Notes: generated by a model not told the origin, from the letters alone. Counted from the whole stretch's first letter, positions 11,521 to 24,711 are shown. The stretch is DNA of 63,989 bases, filler included, from Octopus bimaculoides (GCF_001194135.2; 4 parts of 3 records of this genome joined end to end with filler, not necessarily neighbours in it); one strand, 5' to 3'. Made by a program: numbers and translations.

Positions 11521-11719
11521 TTGGCACGCGGAAGCATTGCTGAAGAATTGTAGTGAATTCTTTTTGATGTAAGAACGGAAGCACAAGTCTCTTGATGTAT
11601 TTCTCAGTGACGGTATGATGCATTCTTACTTTGTCTCTTGGTCATACATTTGAAAGGGAAAAGGCTGTAGCCGAATGAACTGAATGTTTCTGTATGATTG
11701 ATGGTTTATCATATAGACT

Positions 11720-12012
11720 ACAGAGAAATGAAAGAGGTGAATAACGTAGAAGAAAGGTAAGAAGTTGAATGGGAGAAGGGGAACTTCAGGGAGAGGATAC
11801 ATAAAGAGAAAAAGATTGACGGTAAGATGAAAGGAAGAGGAAGTTAAAGATGAAGAAGAACATGAAGAATGGAACGAATAATGTGAAAGAGGTAGTAGGA
11901 ATGAAGAAGGAAAGAGAAAGAGAAAGAAGAAGGATAAGAAGGACGAAGGCGAAGGAAAGGAGAGGAATAAGAGGAAATAATGTCTGGAAGCAGAAAGAGA
12001 ATGAATAATAAA
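11720..12012. repeat. Degenerate GA/GAA-rich tract (pyrimidine-rich on the Hhex sense strand)
   Basis: Directly visible purine-rich low complexity on the + strand. Confidence 0.85.
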
Positions 12013-12024
12013 GCAAGCACGAAC

Positions 12025-12212
12025 CTGTCTCTCAGTAAGCTGGAGTAATTTAGCAAGACGTTTCCTTTCGGGAGGAGAAAGATATTTCTGAGTTTCGAAC
12101 TTCTTTTCTAGTTCAATGGTTTGGTCATTCGAAAACCTCACCTGCCCACCTTTCCGTTTATGAAGTGGCCTCTGCATGAAATGGTTCCAGAGTAGGGGTG
12201 CCTTTGATGCGA
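12025..12212 (-). CDS. HHEX: Hhex (PRH) homeobox gene, internal coding exon covering homeodomain helices 1-2 and the start of helix 3
   Basis: Encodes [62 protein letters not shown], nearly identical to the vertebrate HHEX homeodomain. Acceptor TTTCTTTGTGTTCTAG|TC (phase 1), donor CAG|GTTCGT (phase 0), length 188 bp. Confidence 0.95.
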
Positions 12213-12527
12213 CTAGAACACAAAGAAACAATATATACATGATTTTACAATAACAGATATCCACAGCCCCTCAAATCGCACACAGCTGTCTTAAAAAGAG
12301 AACATATTTATTACTATAGTCTTAGATAATAAACAAAAGAAGAAAAAAGAAGATCACAGCTGAGACGTCTTTGATCATAAATCTACTTGATCATTCTGAC
12401 ATGGGACTAAACAACAAAGTCATGGCTTATATTTCATTCAAAACGACTAATTTTATTCAAAAGGATCACATAATAAAAATTCCATGATGCGACCATTGAT
12501 AAATTTATGTACATAAACAGATCTACA

Positions 12528-13762
12528 TATTTGGTTCGCGACTAAGTTCCTGCAGTTTTTTTTTTAATTTAAATTTTTTAAAAGGTTTAATAAAAAAAAT
12601 AGCAACTAATTAATCGATAATGTATTCCCCCTTGTTTACAACTTCTTCCTAACGTTCAACAAGATTTTCAATACCTCGTTGGTAGAAATCACCCGATTTC
12701 GACTCGAAAAATTGATCCAACCAAGCTCTCAATTCTGCATCACTATTGAACAAAACTCCGCGCATAGCATTTGAAAGAGATCGAAATAGGTGGAAATCCG
12801 TTGGTGCCAAATCAGGAGAGTACGGTGGGTGTGGCAGCACTTCCCAGCCCTGCGTTTGAATGGCTTCCTTGGTCATATTAGCGATATGAAGGCGGGCGTT
12901 GGCGTGCAGCAAAAGAACTCCATGCTGCCGATTAGATCTTTTCTTTTGAATAGCCGTGTTGAGTCGTTCCATCTGTTGGTTCCGTTCAAGCAATTCGTAA
13001 TGGATAATCTCTTCCCAGTCCCACCATACGCACAACATCGTTTTACGCGGATGAAGATTTTGTTTCACGTGCGGTGTCGCTTGTTTACCGGGTCTAAGCC
13101 ATTCCTTACGCTGCTTCATATTGATGTACGGGCACCATTTTTCGTCGCCAGTAACGATTCGGTAAGGAAATCGTTGCTTGTGTCTATGAGTTGAGCGGTG
13201 ACGATCAAGCAAACCAGCGGAGATTGTGGCTCGATGATTTTTGTTGTTGTCGCTTAAAGCATGTAGAACCCATGTTCCATACTTCTGAACTTTTCCCATC
13301 GAGTGAAGATGCTTCGCTACAGCATTCCATTTTCTCTGCCAGTTCCCTTGTCGTTTGACGAGAATTTTCGTGCAAAAGTTGGTTTAGTCGCTCTTCATGG
13401 AACTCAACTGGACGGCCAGAACGAGATGCGTTTTTTAGGTCAAAATTTCCATTTTTGAACTTGGCATACCAATCACGAGCGGTTCTTTCAGCTATGGCAC
13501 CCTCTCCATACACAGCACAAATGTCGCGAGCAGCTTTTGTGGCCTTAGAACCTTGATTAAAAGCATAAAGAAGGAGGTGTCAAAAATGCTCGTTTTTCTT
13601 AACTTGACATTCCATTTTAATGATCTGAAAATAAACAAAAATTAACTAGAAAAAAAAAAAAAGATTCCAAAATGATTCAAAAATAGAATTCTCGAAAAGA
13701 ATAGATTCCAAAATCTAAAAACGCAATGAATTCCAAAATTTAAGAAAACGGCCAACCCAATA
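12528..13762 (-). mobile_element. Mariner (DD34D, Mos1/SETMAR-like) transposon, defective
   Basis: WYAKFKNGNFDL..RSGRP; WVLHALS, TGDEKW, HPRKTMLCVWW, HANARLH, HPPYSPDLAPTDFHLF. Degenerate TIRs TATTTGGTTCGCG (12528) and GCCAACCCAATA (ending 13762), each with terminal TA. Confidence 0.92.
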
Positions 13763-13864
13763 CTTATGACCATGTATACTGCTCTATGCACACACACACA
13801 CACACACACATGATGTTTATAAGCATTATAATTTGTATGATTATGACGATATATAACACACACA

Positions 13865-14438
13865 TAACTTGGTGAATGCTGCCATAATCCCTGCGTTCAG
13901 TTCATCTTTGGAGTTTTGTTAGTCATTCGCTCAACTGCGCCCCACACATAATAATCAAAGGGTTACAGTCTGGGGAGTTAGGTGGCCAGATGTTAGGGGT
14001 GATGTGGCAACATGACTCTGTACCACGCCACACAAGCAGGAAAACCCAGTCATGGCTTGTGTGGCATGATGCAGAGTCCTATTACCAGATATAGGGTCTT
14101 CCAGCAGCCACCCTCCTGACCCAGGGCAGCACTATCTCCTTCAGGCACTTGATGTAGGCCTCCGTGTTGAGTCTGAGGCCATATGGGAAGATGAATGGTG
14201 ATCACTCCAAACACCATTGATGTTGACTGGATGTTTGATTGTTATCACTCTCGGTTACATGTCCTCAGATTTCACTGTCCTCAGATTGACACTCGAACAC
14301 TGGAATGTTCATATTGAAGCTTCTGGTGCGAATGCCAAGCATTACAGTATATCGTTTCCAAATTTCTGGCAGAGTGAATTGCGTCATGGTGCTAGTTTTC
14401 TCGTAGAGGGTACCCAACTGACCCTACTATACCGTGTA
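13865..14438 (-). mobile_element. Internally deleted maT (DD37D-like) Tc1/mariner transposon
   Basis: Minus strand DSA..(scrambled)..HITPNIWPPNSPDCNPFDYYVWA. TA-CACGGTATAGTAGGGTC terminus at 14438. Confidence 0.75.
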
Positions 14439-14527
14439 GACGACAAATCAAAAACAAACAATGCGCATGCGCAAAGTGAAAATATTATAAAATGGCGACA
14501 ATTTATCCATCGCTACCTCTCTCTCTC

Positions 14528-14651
<124 letters not shown>

Positions 14652-15755
14652 CAGGGTGTCCAAAAAAGATGTACTCACTCTTTGACAGACGGTTACTAAT
14701 GTATTGTTTTTTTTTATTTCAGACGCAACCAACCCTTCACAATGGCAAATGCACAACTAACGTTTGATGAAAAAAAATTATATTAAAGTGCTCCTGTAAG
14801 CACAGAAATGTCACGGAAGTGCAAAGGCAATTTAACAGACAGTTTCAGGAGACACCACCAACACGACACACTATTGCTCGCATCAGAGATAAATTTGAAG
14901 CATACGGAACTGTTCAGAACGTTAGTAAGCAATGCTCTGGAAGACCACGAACATCCACCAACCCCAATAGACACAATCAATTAATGGAAACCCTTTCCCG
15001 ATCCCCAAAGAAATCCGTAAGACAATTGAGTCGTGAGATAGGAATCCCAAAATCGAGTGTTCATCGGATGTTGAAACGAGCTCAATGGAAAAGTTACGTT
15101 TCAACATTAATTCAAGCCCTCAATGAAGATGATCCTGATCGGAGAGTTCAATTTTGCGAATGGTATCTGAACAAATTCGCATAGGATGCAACGTTTCCAG
15201 AGAAAATCCTATGGAGTGATGAGGCCACCTTCAAGTTAAATGGTTCAGTCAACCGACATAATTGCATATACTGGGCCCGTAAAAATCAACATTTTATTAT
15301 TGAACACTGTCTAAACTTACAAGGCGTTACACTGTGGACGGGATGTCAACATTGGGTATCGTTGGACCATTTTGTTTTTGACCAAACTGTCAGTGGCCCA
15401 GTTTACTAAAATTTACTGATGGAAAATGTCGGTCCACGAATTGAAGAGATGTTTAGGGACGAGGAGATCTACTTCTAGCAAGATGAAGCTCCTCCTCACT
15501 ACCAGCGTGATGTACGGGCGTACCTCGCTGCAACAAATCCAAACAAATGGATTGGGAGGAGAGGTAGCGTTGAATTTCCTGCACATTCCCCAGACCTCAC
15601 GCGAATGGATTTTTTTTTTTTTATGGGGACATCTCAAAGATAAGGTTTACACTGCAAAAGCAGTGACAATTCATGATTTGAAAAATGAAATTTGAATACA
15701 ATGTCTTGCAATTCCAAATGAAATGTTTGGCAATCTTGTCGAATCCATTGTTGGA
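14652..15755 (+). mobile_element. DD41D (rosa/Visitor-type) Tc1/mariner transposon, defective, 3' end in gap
   Basis: TA-CAGGGTGTCC terminus; HTH region ([20 protein letters not shown]); WSDEATF; QDEAPPH...HSPDLTRMD with 41 residues between the last two Asp; FFLWGHLKDKVY. Confidence 0.88.
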
Positions 15756-16190
15756 NNNNNNNNNNNNNNNNNNNNNNNNNNNNNNNNNNNNNNNNNNNNN
15801 NNNNNNNNNNNNNNNNNNNNNNNNNNNNNNNNNNNNNNNNNNNNNNNNNNNNNNNNNNNNNNNNNNNNNNNNNNNNNNNNNNNNNNNNNNNNNNNNNNNN
15901 NNNNNNNNNNNNNNNNNNNNNNNNNNNNNNNNNNNNNNNNNNNNNNNNNNNNNNNNNNNNNNNNNNNNNNNNNNNNNNNNNNNNNNNNNNNNNNNNNNNN
16001 NNNNNNNNNNNNNNNNNNNNNNNNNNNNNNNNNNNNNNNNNNNNNNNNNNNNNNNNNNNNNNNNNNNNNNNNNNNNNNNNNNNNNNNNNNNNNNNNNNNN
16101 NNNNNNNNNNNNNNNNNNNNNNNNNNNNNNNNNNNNNNNNNNNNNNNNNNNNNNNNNNNNNNNNNNNNNNNNNNNNNNNNNNNNNNNNNN

Positions 16191-16234
<44 letters not shown>

Positions 16235-16554
16235 CGTTGTAGTACGCCTAAACGATAGTAGTACATAAGTAGAAAACGAATGAAAAGAGAAATAAGGAAA
16301 GCGTCTAACAATGCAGAAAGTTAAAAAGAAAATTATGTTTCAGGTAAAAAGGCCTATCTTCTGAAGAATACAGTCAAAGAGATGTGTATTAAGGTACATA
16401 GATTTTGTTATTTCGGATAGCTCTGTGTATGAGTTAGCAGTAGCTGCGACCTCCCAATTATTGTAGCAGCAACAGGATGGTGGCAGTGATGTCATGGTAG
16501 TGGTAGATGATGGTGTTGGTGGCATATGCTAGGATGGTGGCTGTGGTTGCCTTG

Positions 16555-17030
16555 AAATATTAATAGGAGCCACCGGTCCAACTCTGACCGGCTATTGATT
16601 TTCGGGTCGAGGCGGTGGATCAATAAAGCTTCTTTGATACAGAAATTTTCTGAGGCCAGTATGGCAGCGTCTATCTCATTGGTAGTGTTGCCGCATTTGG
16701 TTAAGTGTTTGCGTAAGGAAGACACGTCGGTAGTGAGGTGCTTCTTAATTCAGACATGGTGTGGTCGGACCGTGCTACCGATATAATAGTTGTTGCATTT
16801 GGAGCACCGTATCTGGTATACTACGTATCTTAGTAGGCACATGTTCTTGTTGTGAATAAAGCAGTTCACCAGTATACCAGGCTGCTATTCTGCGCATGAC
16901 CACCTGGTTGATAGTTATTTAAGTAGGGATGGTCTCAAATGGGCCAGTAGGATGTCGAATCGTTCCCTGTAGGGAATCTTCAAGAAGCAGGTCCTAGAAA
17001 GAGTCATCTTGCCACATTTATTTGGCTTGT
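16555..17030 (-). mobile_element. Penelope-like 3' fragment (third family), GIY-YIG domain
   Basis: LKIPY..; VVYQIRCSKCNNYYIGSTVR..IKKHL..RKHLTKC..IKEALLIHRLDPKINSRSEL. Confidence 0.85.
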
Positions 17031-17799
17031 TATATATAAATGTACATGTATATATATATATAAATATGTATATNNNNNNNNNNNNNNNNNNNNNNNNNNN
17101 NNNNNNNNNNNNNNNNNNNNNNNNNNNNNNNNNNNNNNNNNNNNNNNNNNNNNNNNNNNNNNNNNNNNNNNNNNNNNNNNNNNNNNNNNNNNNNNNNNNN
17201 NNNNNNNNNNNNNNNNNNNNNNNNNNNNNNNNNNNNNNNNNNNNNNNNNNNNNNNNNNNNNNNNNNNNNNNNNNNNNNNNNNNNNNNNNNNNNNNNNNNN
17301 NNNNNNNNNNNNNNNNNNNNNNNNNNNNNNNNNNNNNNNNNNNNNNNNNNNNNNNNNNNNNNNNNNNNNNNNNNNNNNNNNNNNNNNNNNNNNNNNNNNN
17401 NNNNNNNNNNNNNNNNNNNNNNNNNNNNNNNNNNNNNNNNNNNNNNNNNNNNNNNNNNNNNNNNNNNNNNNNNNNNNNNNNNNNNNNNNNNNNNNNNNNN
17501 NNNNNNNNNNNNNNNNNNNNNNNNNNNNNNNNNNNNNNNNNNNNNNNNNNNNNNNNNNNNNNNNNNNNNNNNNNNNNNNNNNNNNNNNNNNNNNNNNNNN
17601 NNNNNNNNNNNNNNNNNNNNNNNNNNNNNNNNNNNNNNNNNNNNNNNNNNNNNNNNNNNNNNNNNNNNNNNNNNNNNNNNNNNNNNNNNNNNNNNNNNNN
17701 NNNNNNNNNNNNNNNNNNNNNNNNNNNNNNNNNNNNNNNNNNNNNNNNNNNNNNNNNNNNNNNNNNNNNNNNNNNNNNNNNNNNNNNNNNNNNNNNNNN

Positions 17800-17833
<34 letters not shown>

Positions 17834-18003
17834 CCCAAACAACAAACACAAACAACAACAACGCAAGGACGAGGTACATATAACATATGGGACTGAACAC
17901 CAAACCATGTGGTTGGGAAGCAAGCTTCTTACCACACAGCCACGCCTGCGCTTATCCATAAAATGTTCATACAAATGCGCACGCATACTTGTGTGTGTGT
18001 GTA

Positions 18004-18078
<75 letters not shown>

Positions 18079-18102
18079 GTATTTCTTTTTATAAGGAGCA
18101 AC

Positions 18103-18176
18103 ATACCACTACTAACAATACCACTACTAACAATACCACTACTAACAATACCACTACTAACAATACCACTACTAAC
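18103..18176. repeat. 15-bp minisatellite (AACAATACCACTACT), about 5 copies
   Basis: Directly visible. Confidence 0.85.
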
Positions 18177-18639
18177 ATCAAACCCAAGAACGCAACAACA
18201 ACAACTTCAACAACAATGGCCTTATATTGAATAATCTGAACAACGTAAGGAAATAAAACGTTTCGAAATATATGGCATGCAGCTTCAATTTACAATCCCA
18301 AGTTTCCTGTTTCAGTATTAATATTTCCTTCCGCAGCAATCACCAGACACACAGAAGACAAAGAGGAACTTACAGAGATATTTTGAAATATTTTCACCAG
18401 ATTTTGTACACTAGGAGATCGTAGCATTAAAATAGTGGCGTCAGTGAAAATGAGGTGGTTATGGTCATGGTGGTAGTGGTTGTACTGGTATTGTTGGTAG
18501 TGGTGGCGGTGATGGTGGTTTTGGTTATACTGGTGATGTTGTCAAGGGATCTGAGTTGTAGTGGTAGTTTGAAAGAGGCCATGGTTATATTACAAGGATT
18601 CTACACATGCACACACACACACACACATACACACACACA

Positions 18640-18739
18640 NNNNNNNNNNNNNNNNNNNNNNNNNNNNNNNNNNNNNNNNNNNNTTAATTAATTAANNNNN
18701 NNNNNNNNNNNNNNNNNNNNNNNNNNNNNNNNNNNNNNN
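18640..18739. other. Assembly join: 44 N + TTAATTAATTAA + 44 N (also 41508-41607 and 59728-59827)
   Basis: Identical 100-bp structure three times. The linker has stop codons in all frames. Confidence 0.9.
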
Positions 18740-19114
18740 TGAATAGAACGTATTTTCGATAATTTCAATTGATTTTAATCGATTTAAATTTCTTTTCTAT
18801 TTGAAAATTGGTTATGAAACACATGTAATCTTTTTATTATATTTATCTTATGATATTTACTTTACTTTATATAATACTCATTTAATGTGCTTTTAATTAT
18901 TAATTTTTCTATATGTGATAGTGGATTTTCATCGATGAGTTCTTGAAAATTGGTTATTTTCCCTAAAACTATATATAAATATATATTTTATATATACTTT
19001 ATCTATAAGGCTCAATTTAATTTTAATTTTTATAAATTGATTTTAATTGAGTTTTTTACCTGTAATTTTGGATTTTGTCCCTAATAATATTATATATATA
19101 TATTTATATATATT

Positions 19115-19275
19115 ATACGGCGAGCTTCTTTCTGTTTTCTTCTACAAAGCCCGCTCGTTAGTCATCGATAAACCTGGACCTACAATAGTAAGAATATATT
19201 ATCCAATGTGCCTTGCAGTGGGATTCAACCAGAAAGCATGTGGTTGGGAATCGAACTTATTACCACAGAGCCATA
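19115..19275 (-). mobile_element. SINE family 1, degenerate
   Basis: Matches the reverse complement of 63785-63940. Confidence 0.65.
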
Positions 19276-19861
19276 TCACTTTTTGGTAATATTTTAGTTA
19301 TTGATTGTTTGATTTCTCGTTTGAGAAGCTTTTGTAAGTCATCCTTTTTCGATTGACACAATCCACACAATCGCATAAGGTCGCCATCAGGTTACAAAAA
19401 GAATCACAATTGCTTTTTTACTGAGAATATTTCGCGATACAAATAGAGAAAAATTTAATGGAAAAATTATACGTAATTCTTGAGATCGAACACAAGAAAA
19501 ACTTTTGTCGTCAGAATAAGGTAAAAGTATACACAGAATTAGGAGCGCGTAGGTATAAACATACATACACACACTCTCATAAATCTAGCGCTAAATCTCA
19601 ATGCCATTCACCTACTGTGTACATATATGTGTTTGTGTATATGAGTATGCTTATGTCTGTTGTTTGTCGGTGTGTGTATGAGTGAGTGTGTGAGTGTAGA
19701 TAGGTGTGAAATCTTTAAAATCTTCCTCAAAGATGTAATTTCACAAAATGCGATAGTGATGTGCACGCTTTATCGATTCAAAAACTATTGGCTAAATTAA
19801 AGCAAAAGAATTTATACATTTTCATTTTATATAAAATAAGAAATATTATATAATAATGATG

Positions 19862-19905
<44 letters not shown>

Positions 19906-22194
19906 AAAATTTTTAAAAATTGAGTAGCACCAACAAATTCTAAAAAACTCTTATCAAATACCTTTCTGAATTTGCTCTTGAGCAGTTCCAAAATGCCTAG
20001 CAGGTAAATATTGCGCTGCATTGTGTCGTACATTGCGCAGTTAGAATCTCGGACAGCCTCGTCAAAGTATAATGTCTTTCTTTTGTTAGCGAAAGTATTA
20101 TATTCCAAAAATTATTATCGTTACAAATCGCAATTTTCTGTTCANNNNNNNNNNNNNNNNNNNNNNNNNNNNNNNNNNNNNNNNNNNNNNNNNNNNNNNN
20201 NNNNNNNNNNNNNNNNNNNNNNNNNNNNNNNNNNNNNNNNNNNNNNNNNNNNNNNNNNNNNNNNNNNNNNNNNNNNNNNNNNNNNNNNNNNNNNNNNNNN
20301 NNNNNNNNNNNNNNNNNNNNNNNNNNNNNNNNNNNNNNNNNNNNNNNNNNNNNNNNNNNNNNNNNNNNNNNNNNNNNNNNNNNNNNNNNNNNNNNNNNNN
20401 NNNNNNNNNNNNNNNNNNNNNNNNNNNNNNNNNNNNNNNNNNNNNNNNNNNNNNNNNNNNNNNNNNNNNNNNNNNNNNNNNNNNNNNNNNNNNNNNNNNN
20501 NNNNNNNNNNNNNNNNNNNNNNNNNNNNNNNNNNNNNNNNNNNNNNNNNNNNNNNNNNNNNNNNNNNNNNNNNNNNNNNNNNNNNNNNNNNNNNNNNNNN
20601 NNNNNNNNNNNNNNNNNNNNNNNNNNNNNNNNNNNNNNNNNNNNNNNNNNNNNNNNNNNNNNNNNNNNNNNNNNNNNNNNNNNNNNNNNNNNNNNNNNNN
20701 NNNNNNNNNNNNNNNNNNNNNNNNNNNNNNNNNNNNNNNNNNNNNNNNNNNNNNNNNNNNNNNNNNNNNNNNNNNNNNNNNNNNNNNNNNNNNNNNNNNN
20801 NNNNNNNNNNNNNNNNNNNNNNNNNNNNNNNNNNNNNNNNNNNNNNNNNNNNNNNNNNNNNNNNNNNNNNNNNNNNNNNNNNNNNNNNNNNNNNNNNNNN
20901 NNNNAATAGTCTGCACTCAATTTAGTTTGGTGCCTTCATCTGACAAATATATTGTGTATACATGTATGTATGTATGAATGTATATATTAATGTATACATG
21001 TGTGTGTGTGTGTGTGTGTGAAATTTAGGTTAGTTAACAGGTGAAGTTTGGTAGTATATTCGTATTCCATTCCTTTACAGCCGTTTCATAATATTCTTAG
21101 TTTTATAATAGATATCACACACACACGCATATACATATATTTACGCATGTATGCGTGTATATGTGTGTGTGTGTGTATGTGTGTGTGTGTGTATACTGGT
21201 GTATGTACGTATGTACATATGTATTTATATATACAAGGATGCTATACTTTATACCCATACGCTAATTATACGTCTCGTTGGTGCGGTAATGAAGTGTTTG
21301 CAATCGTTTAAGCTTACAGAGCGATCTCACTGGCAAGCCCCTGACGTAAAGCGGAAAGTCTTTTGGTGTGCCAATCAGTGTTTTATATATCTGAGATTAT
21401 TTTCTTCGCTATATGCAAACCCTATTCATTTTATTATCAAATGGGTGTAAATTTGCGAGAAATATCGATTGTTTTGCTCTTTTGTATGTTGTGAAAACTG
21501 TGAGGCTTTTACGTTTGACTTGAATGTTAAGTTTTGGGGTTATATGCTGCGATTCAGCGCTGATTTCATTAGTTACCAGGAACTTATATTATTCTATAGT
21601 AATGTTGAGAGCTTTCTTTCCCTGTACATGTCTTTTCTTTCTTTCTGTTTACTTTTGGGGCAGTTCTTCTTCCTCCTATATTCTACATTAAGTTAAGTAG
21701 ACTTCATGTTGCGGTGGTCAGCTTCAAAAAATTCTTATTCGTATTCAAGCTGCTACGAATAATCCTGACAAGACATGTCAGTTAATTTTAGCATGAGATT
21801 TCGCCAGTGTACACCTACATAAAAAAAATGCATATACTTATATAGGTACGGCACGATACCTCGATTTTTCAATATGGAGCAGTAACATATATATACAAAA
21901 TTTCATAGCTAGAATTTCTCTTGCGCAGGGCCCTCAGATTATTTCTCATAAATAGAGCAATATATAAAACGAAACTCAGAGAATAAAATAAGTACTCTTT
22001 AACCAAGAATATTCTAAAAGTTTTGTGGACCAATCAAAATATAGCCATTAATCGGTGAAAGCATATCGTCCGGTTTCATAGGCTCCTGTATTCAATGGGG
22101 TAATAATTCCCATGTTACTTCAAAGATCTCCAATAAGTGAATAATGAATGAACTATATGAGAAAACGCAGAATTAAAACAAGCATTATTATTCT

Positions 22195-23320
22195 TTTCTT
22201 CTCTAGGCACAATGCCCGAAATCTTGCGAGAGGGACCAGTCGATCATATCAACCCAAGTAGGCAACTGGTACTTAATTTATCGACCCCGAAAGAATGAAA
22301 GTCGATCTCGGCAAAATTTGAACTCAGAACGTAATGGCAGACGAAATACCTCGAAGCATTTCGCCCAGCGTGCTAACGTTTCTGCCAGCTCGCCACCTTA
22401 AAAGATATAAATATTCTTTTCTGCTTCAGGCATAAGGCCCGAAACTTGACGTTAAGGAGCCAGTAAATTAGATTGACCCCAGTACGAAAATGGTTCTTAA
22501 TTTATCGACCCGAAAGGCAAAGTGGACCTCGGTGGAATTTGAACTCAGAATGTAAAGACAGAAGAAACACCACTAAGCATTTCGCCCGGCGTGCTAACGT
22601 TTCGGCCAGTTCACTGCTTTAGTAGAGATGAGGCAGCGAGCTGGCAGAATCATTAAGCACACTAAAAAAATGCGATATTTCGTCCGCCTTTACGTTTTTA
22701 GTTCAAATTCCGCCGAGATTGAGTTTGCCTTTCATCCCTTCGACATCAATAAAAGAAATACCATTGGAATACTGGGATCAATGTTATCGACTGACCGCTT
22801 ACCCCCAAAATTGCTCGTCTTGTACCAAAATGTGAATTCATTATAATAACCAAACTAAAAACGTTGAGCTGGCAGAATCATAAGCAATACAGACAAAATG
22901 CTTAGCGGCATTTCGTCTGCTTTACGTCCTGAATAAAATTTCCGCCGAGGTCGGTTTCGCCTTTCTTCCTTTGCGGGATGATAATATAAAGTGTCAGCTG
23001 AATAGTAGAATCGATGTAATCGATTAGCCTCATTCCTGGCCTTGTGCCTATAGAAGAAAGAACAATTATAGTTTTTCTACGAGGAGATGAGGTGGCAGAT
23101 GCGTTAGCGCTTCGCAAAAAATATTCCTGTGCTGTTATTTGACCCGGCTACTTACACTTTCTGATTTCAGATCTCACTGCGATCCACCTTGTCATTCATT
23201 TCTACGGAGTAGGTAAAGTAAATTACTGTTGAAGTACTGGAACCGATGGTATCGACTAACAACATACCTCGGCTTAAAATTGCTGGCTTCGTGCCTGTAT
23301 CAGAAACCGCAATTATAACA
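22195..23320. mobile_element. Cluster of five family-2 SINEs: minus 22195-22399 and 22415-22620; plus 22631-22848, 22864-23068 and 23085-23320
   Basis: Each contains variants of GAGCTGGCAGAA..TTAGC..GAGTTCAAATTCCGCCGAGGTCGAC..GGTCGATAAATTAAGTACCAG. Confidence 0.85.
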
Positions 23321-23599
23321 AATCGCCAATAATTTTATGACGAAAATAAAAGAATAAATGAAATGCAAACAAACCCCAAAAGAAATGGAGTTCAATATTT
23401 TGCTGAAACTTTATCTTTGTAATCGATACGGTGACGACAAAAATAGTTCATCATCTTCATAATAGAATTATTGATTTTGAAAATATTATTAAACATCGAA
23501 TAACTTATTTCTATTTCCAAACTTTATGGATAGACAATAAAATATATAACAATTTCTGTTCGTGAAATGATAGAACTCTCCAATGTAAAAGACAGATTA

Positions 23600-23602
23600 T
23601 TA

Positions 23603-23663
<61 letters not shown>

Positions 23664-23745
23664 GCTGCTGCTGCTGCTGTTGTTATTATCATCATCATTA
23701 TTATTATTGTCGTTGTTGTTATCATTATCATTATTGTTGTTATTA

Positions 23746-23844
<99 letters not shown>

Positions 23845-23850
23845 TCATTA
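23600..23850. repeat. Compound (ATT)/(GCT)/(GTT)/(ATC) microsatellite
   Basis: Directly visible. Confidence 0.95.
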
Positions 23851-24646
23851 TTCCCTATTTGGCCCCGAATGGTTATTGACTGAGAATTTTGAAATTGTTC
23901 CATTTCATTTCTCATCAGTATTTATTGAGAAAAGGGTAGAAGAGTTCAAACTGTAAAAATATTAATCAGTTGAGATAATTAACGAGGCCATAAATAATGC
24001 TGGTTTCTTCATTTTATTGCTTAAGGTTTGCAAATACTCAAGTATGCCTTTATTAGTCAAGCTTATTTACTTAGTTAACCCAGGTGATTTCATCATTGTT
24101 GATAAAAAAAAAAATGCTATATATTTATGAGAAGCATGTTCCTCTCATGTAATGATGGAGGGGAAAAACTTAGGCTCCAAAACGCCCAAGACAATAACGA
24201 CAGATGTTTCTTGTTAGCGTTTCGCCCTGTGATAACCTACATTTGTTCGACAAGGTCATAGTTGGTCCGGTCATGACCATTTAGCTTTTTCCTCAAACAG
24301 ACGACAATGCAGACACATCATTTCTGATGGATCTTTTTTTTTTTTTTTGTCTAATATGTTCAAGTTAGACATGAGGAAAATTTGGTTGTTATTCCTAGTA
24401 TGTATAAAAGCTATTCAGTTGTTCAGTAGTCGGCTCGGTGTCGCTGATTGTCGTTAATACTTAAATACTATTAACTTCCAACTGTTATGTAGTAGCAGCA
24501 GGTTTCGTATCAGCACTACTAGCAGTGTTGGTTGTAATGGTAATAGCTACAATACCGGAGGTAGCACCAGGGCGGCAGCACGACGCTGACAAGGCGGTAG
24601 CACGGCGGTAGCACAGCGGCGGCAGTAGCAGCAGTAGGAGCAGCAA

Positions 24647-24711
<65 letters not shown>

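Noticed and set aside
18684-18695. TTAATTAATTAA palindrome recurring at 18684, 41552 and 59772
   Set aside because: Always centred in exactly 88 Ns, so it is an artificial scaffold linker, not biology.
23511-23956. Poly-N/Y/I/L/H ORFs here and at 3783, 32169, 42701, 44242, 45233 and 47781
   Set aside because: Translations of trinucleotide microsatellites.
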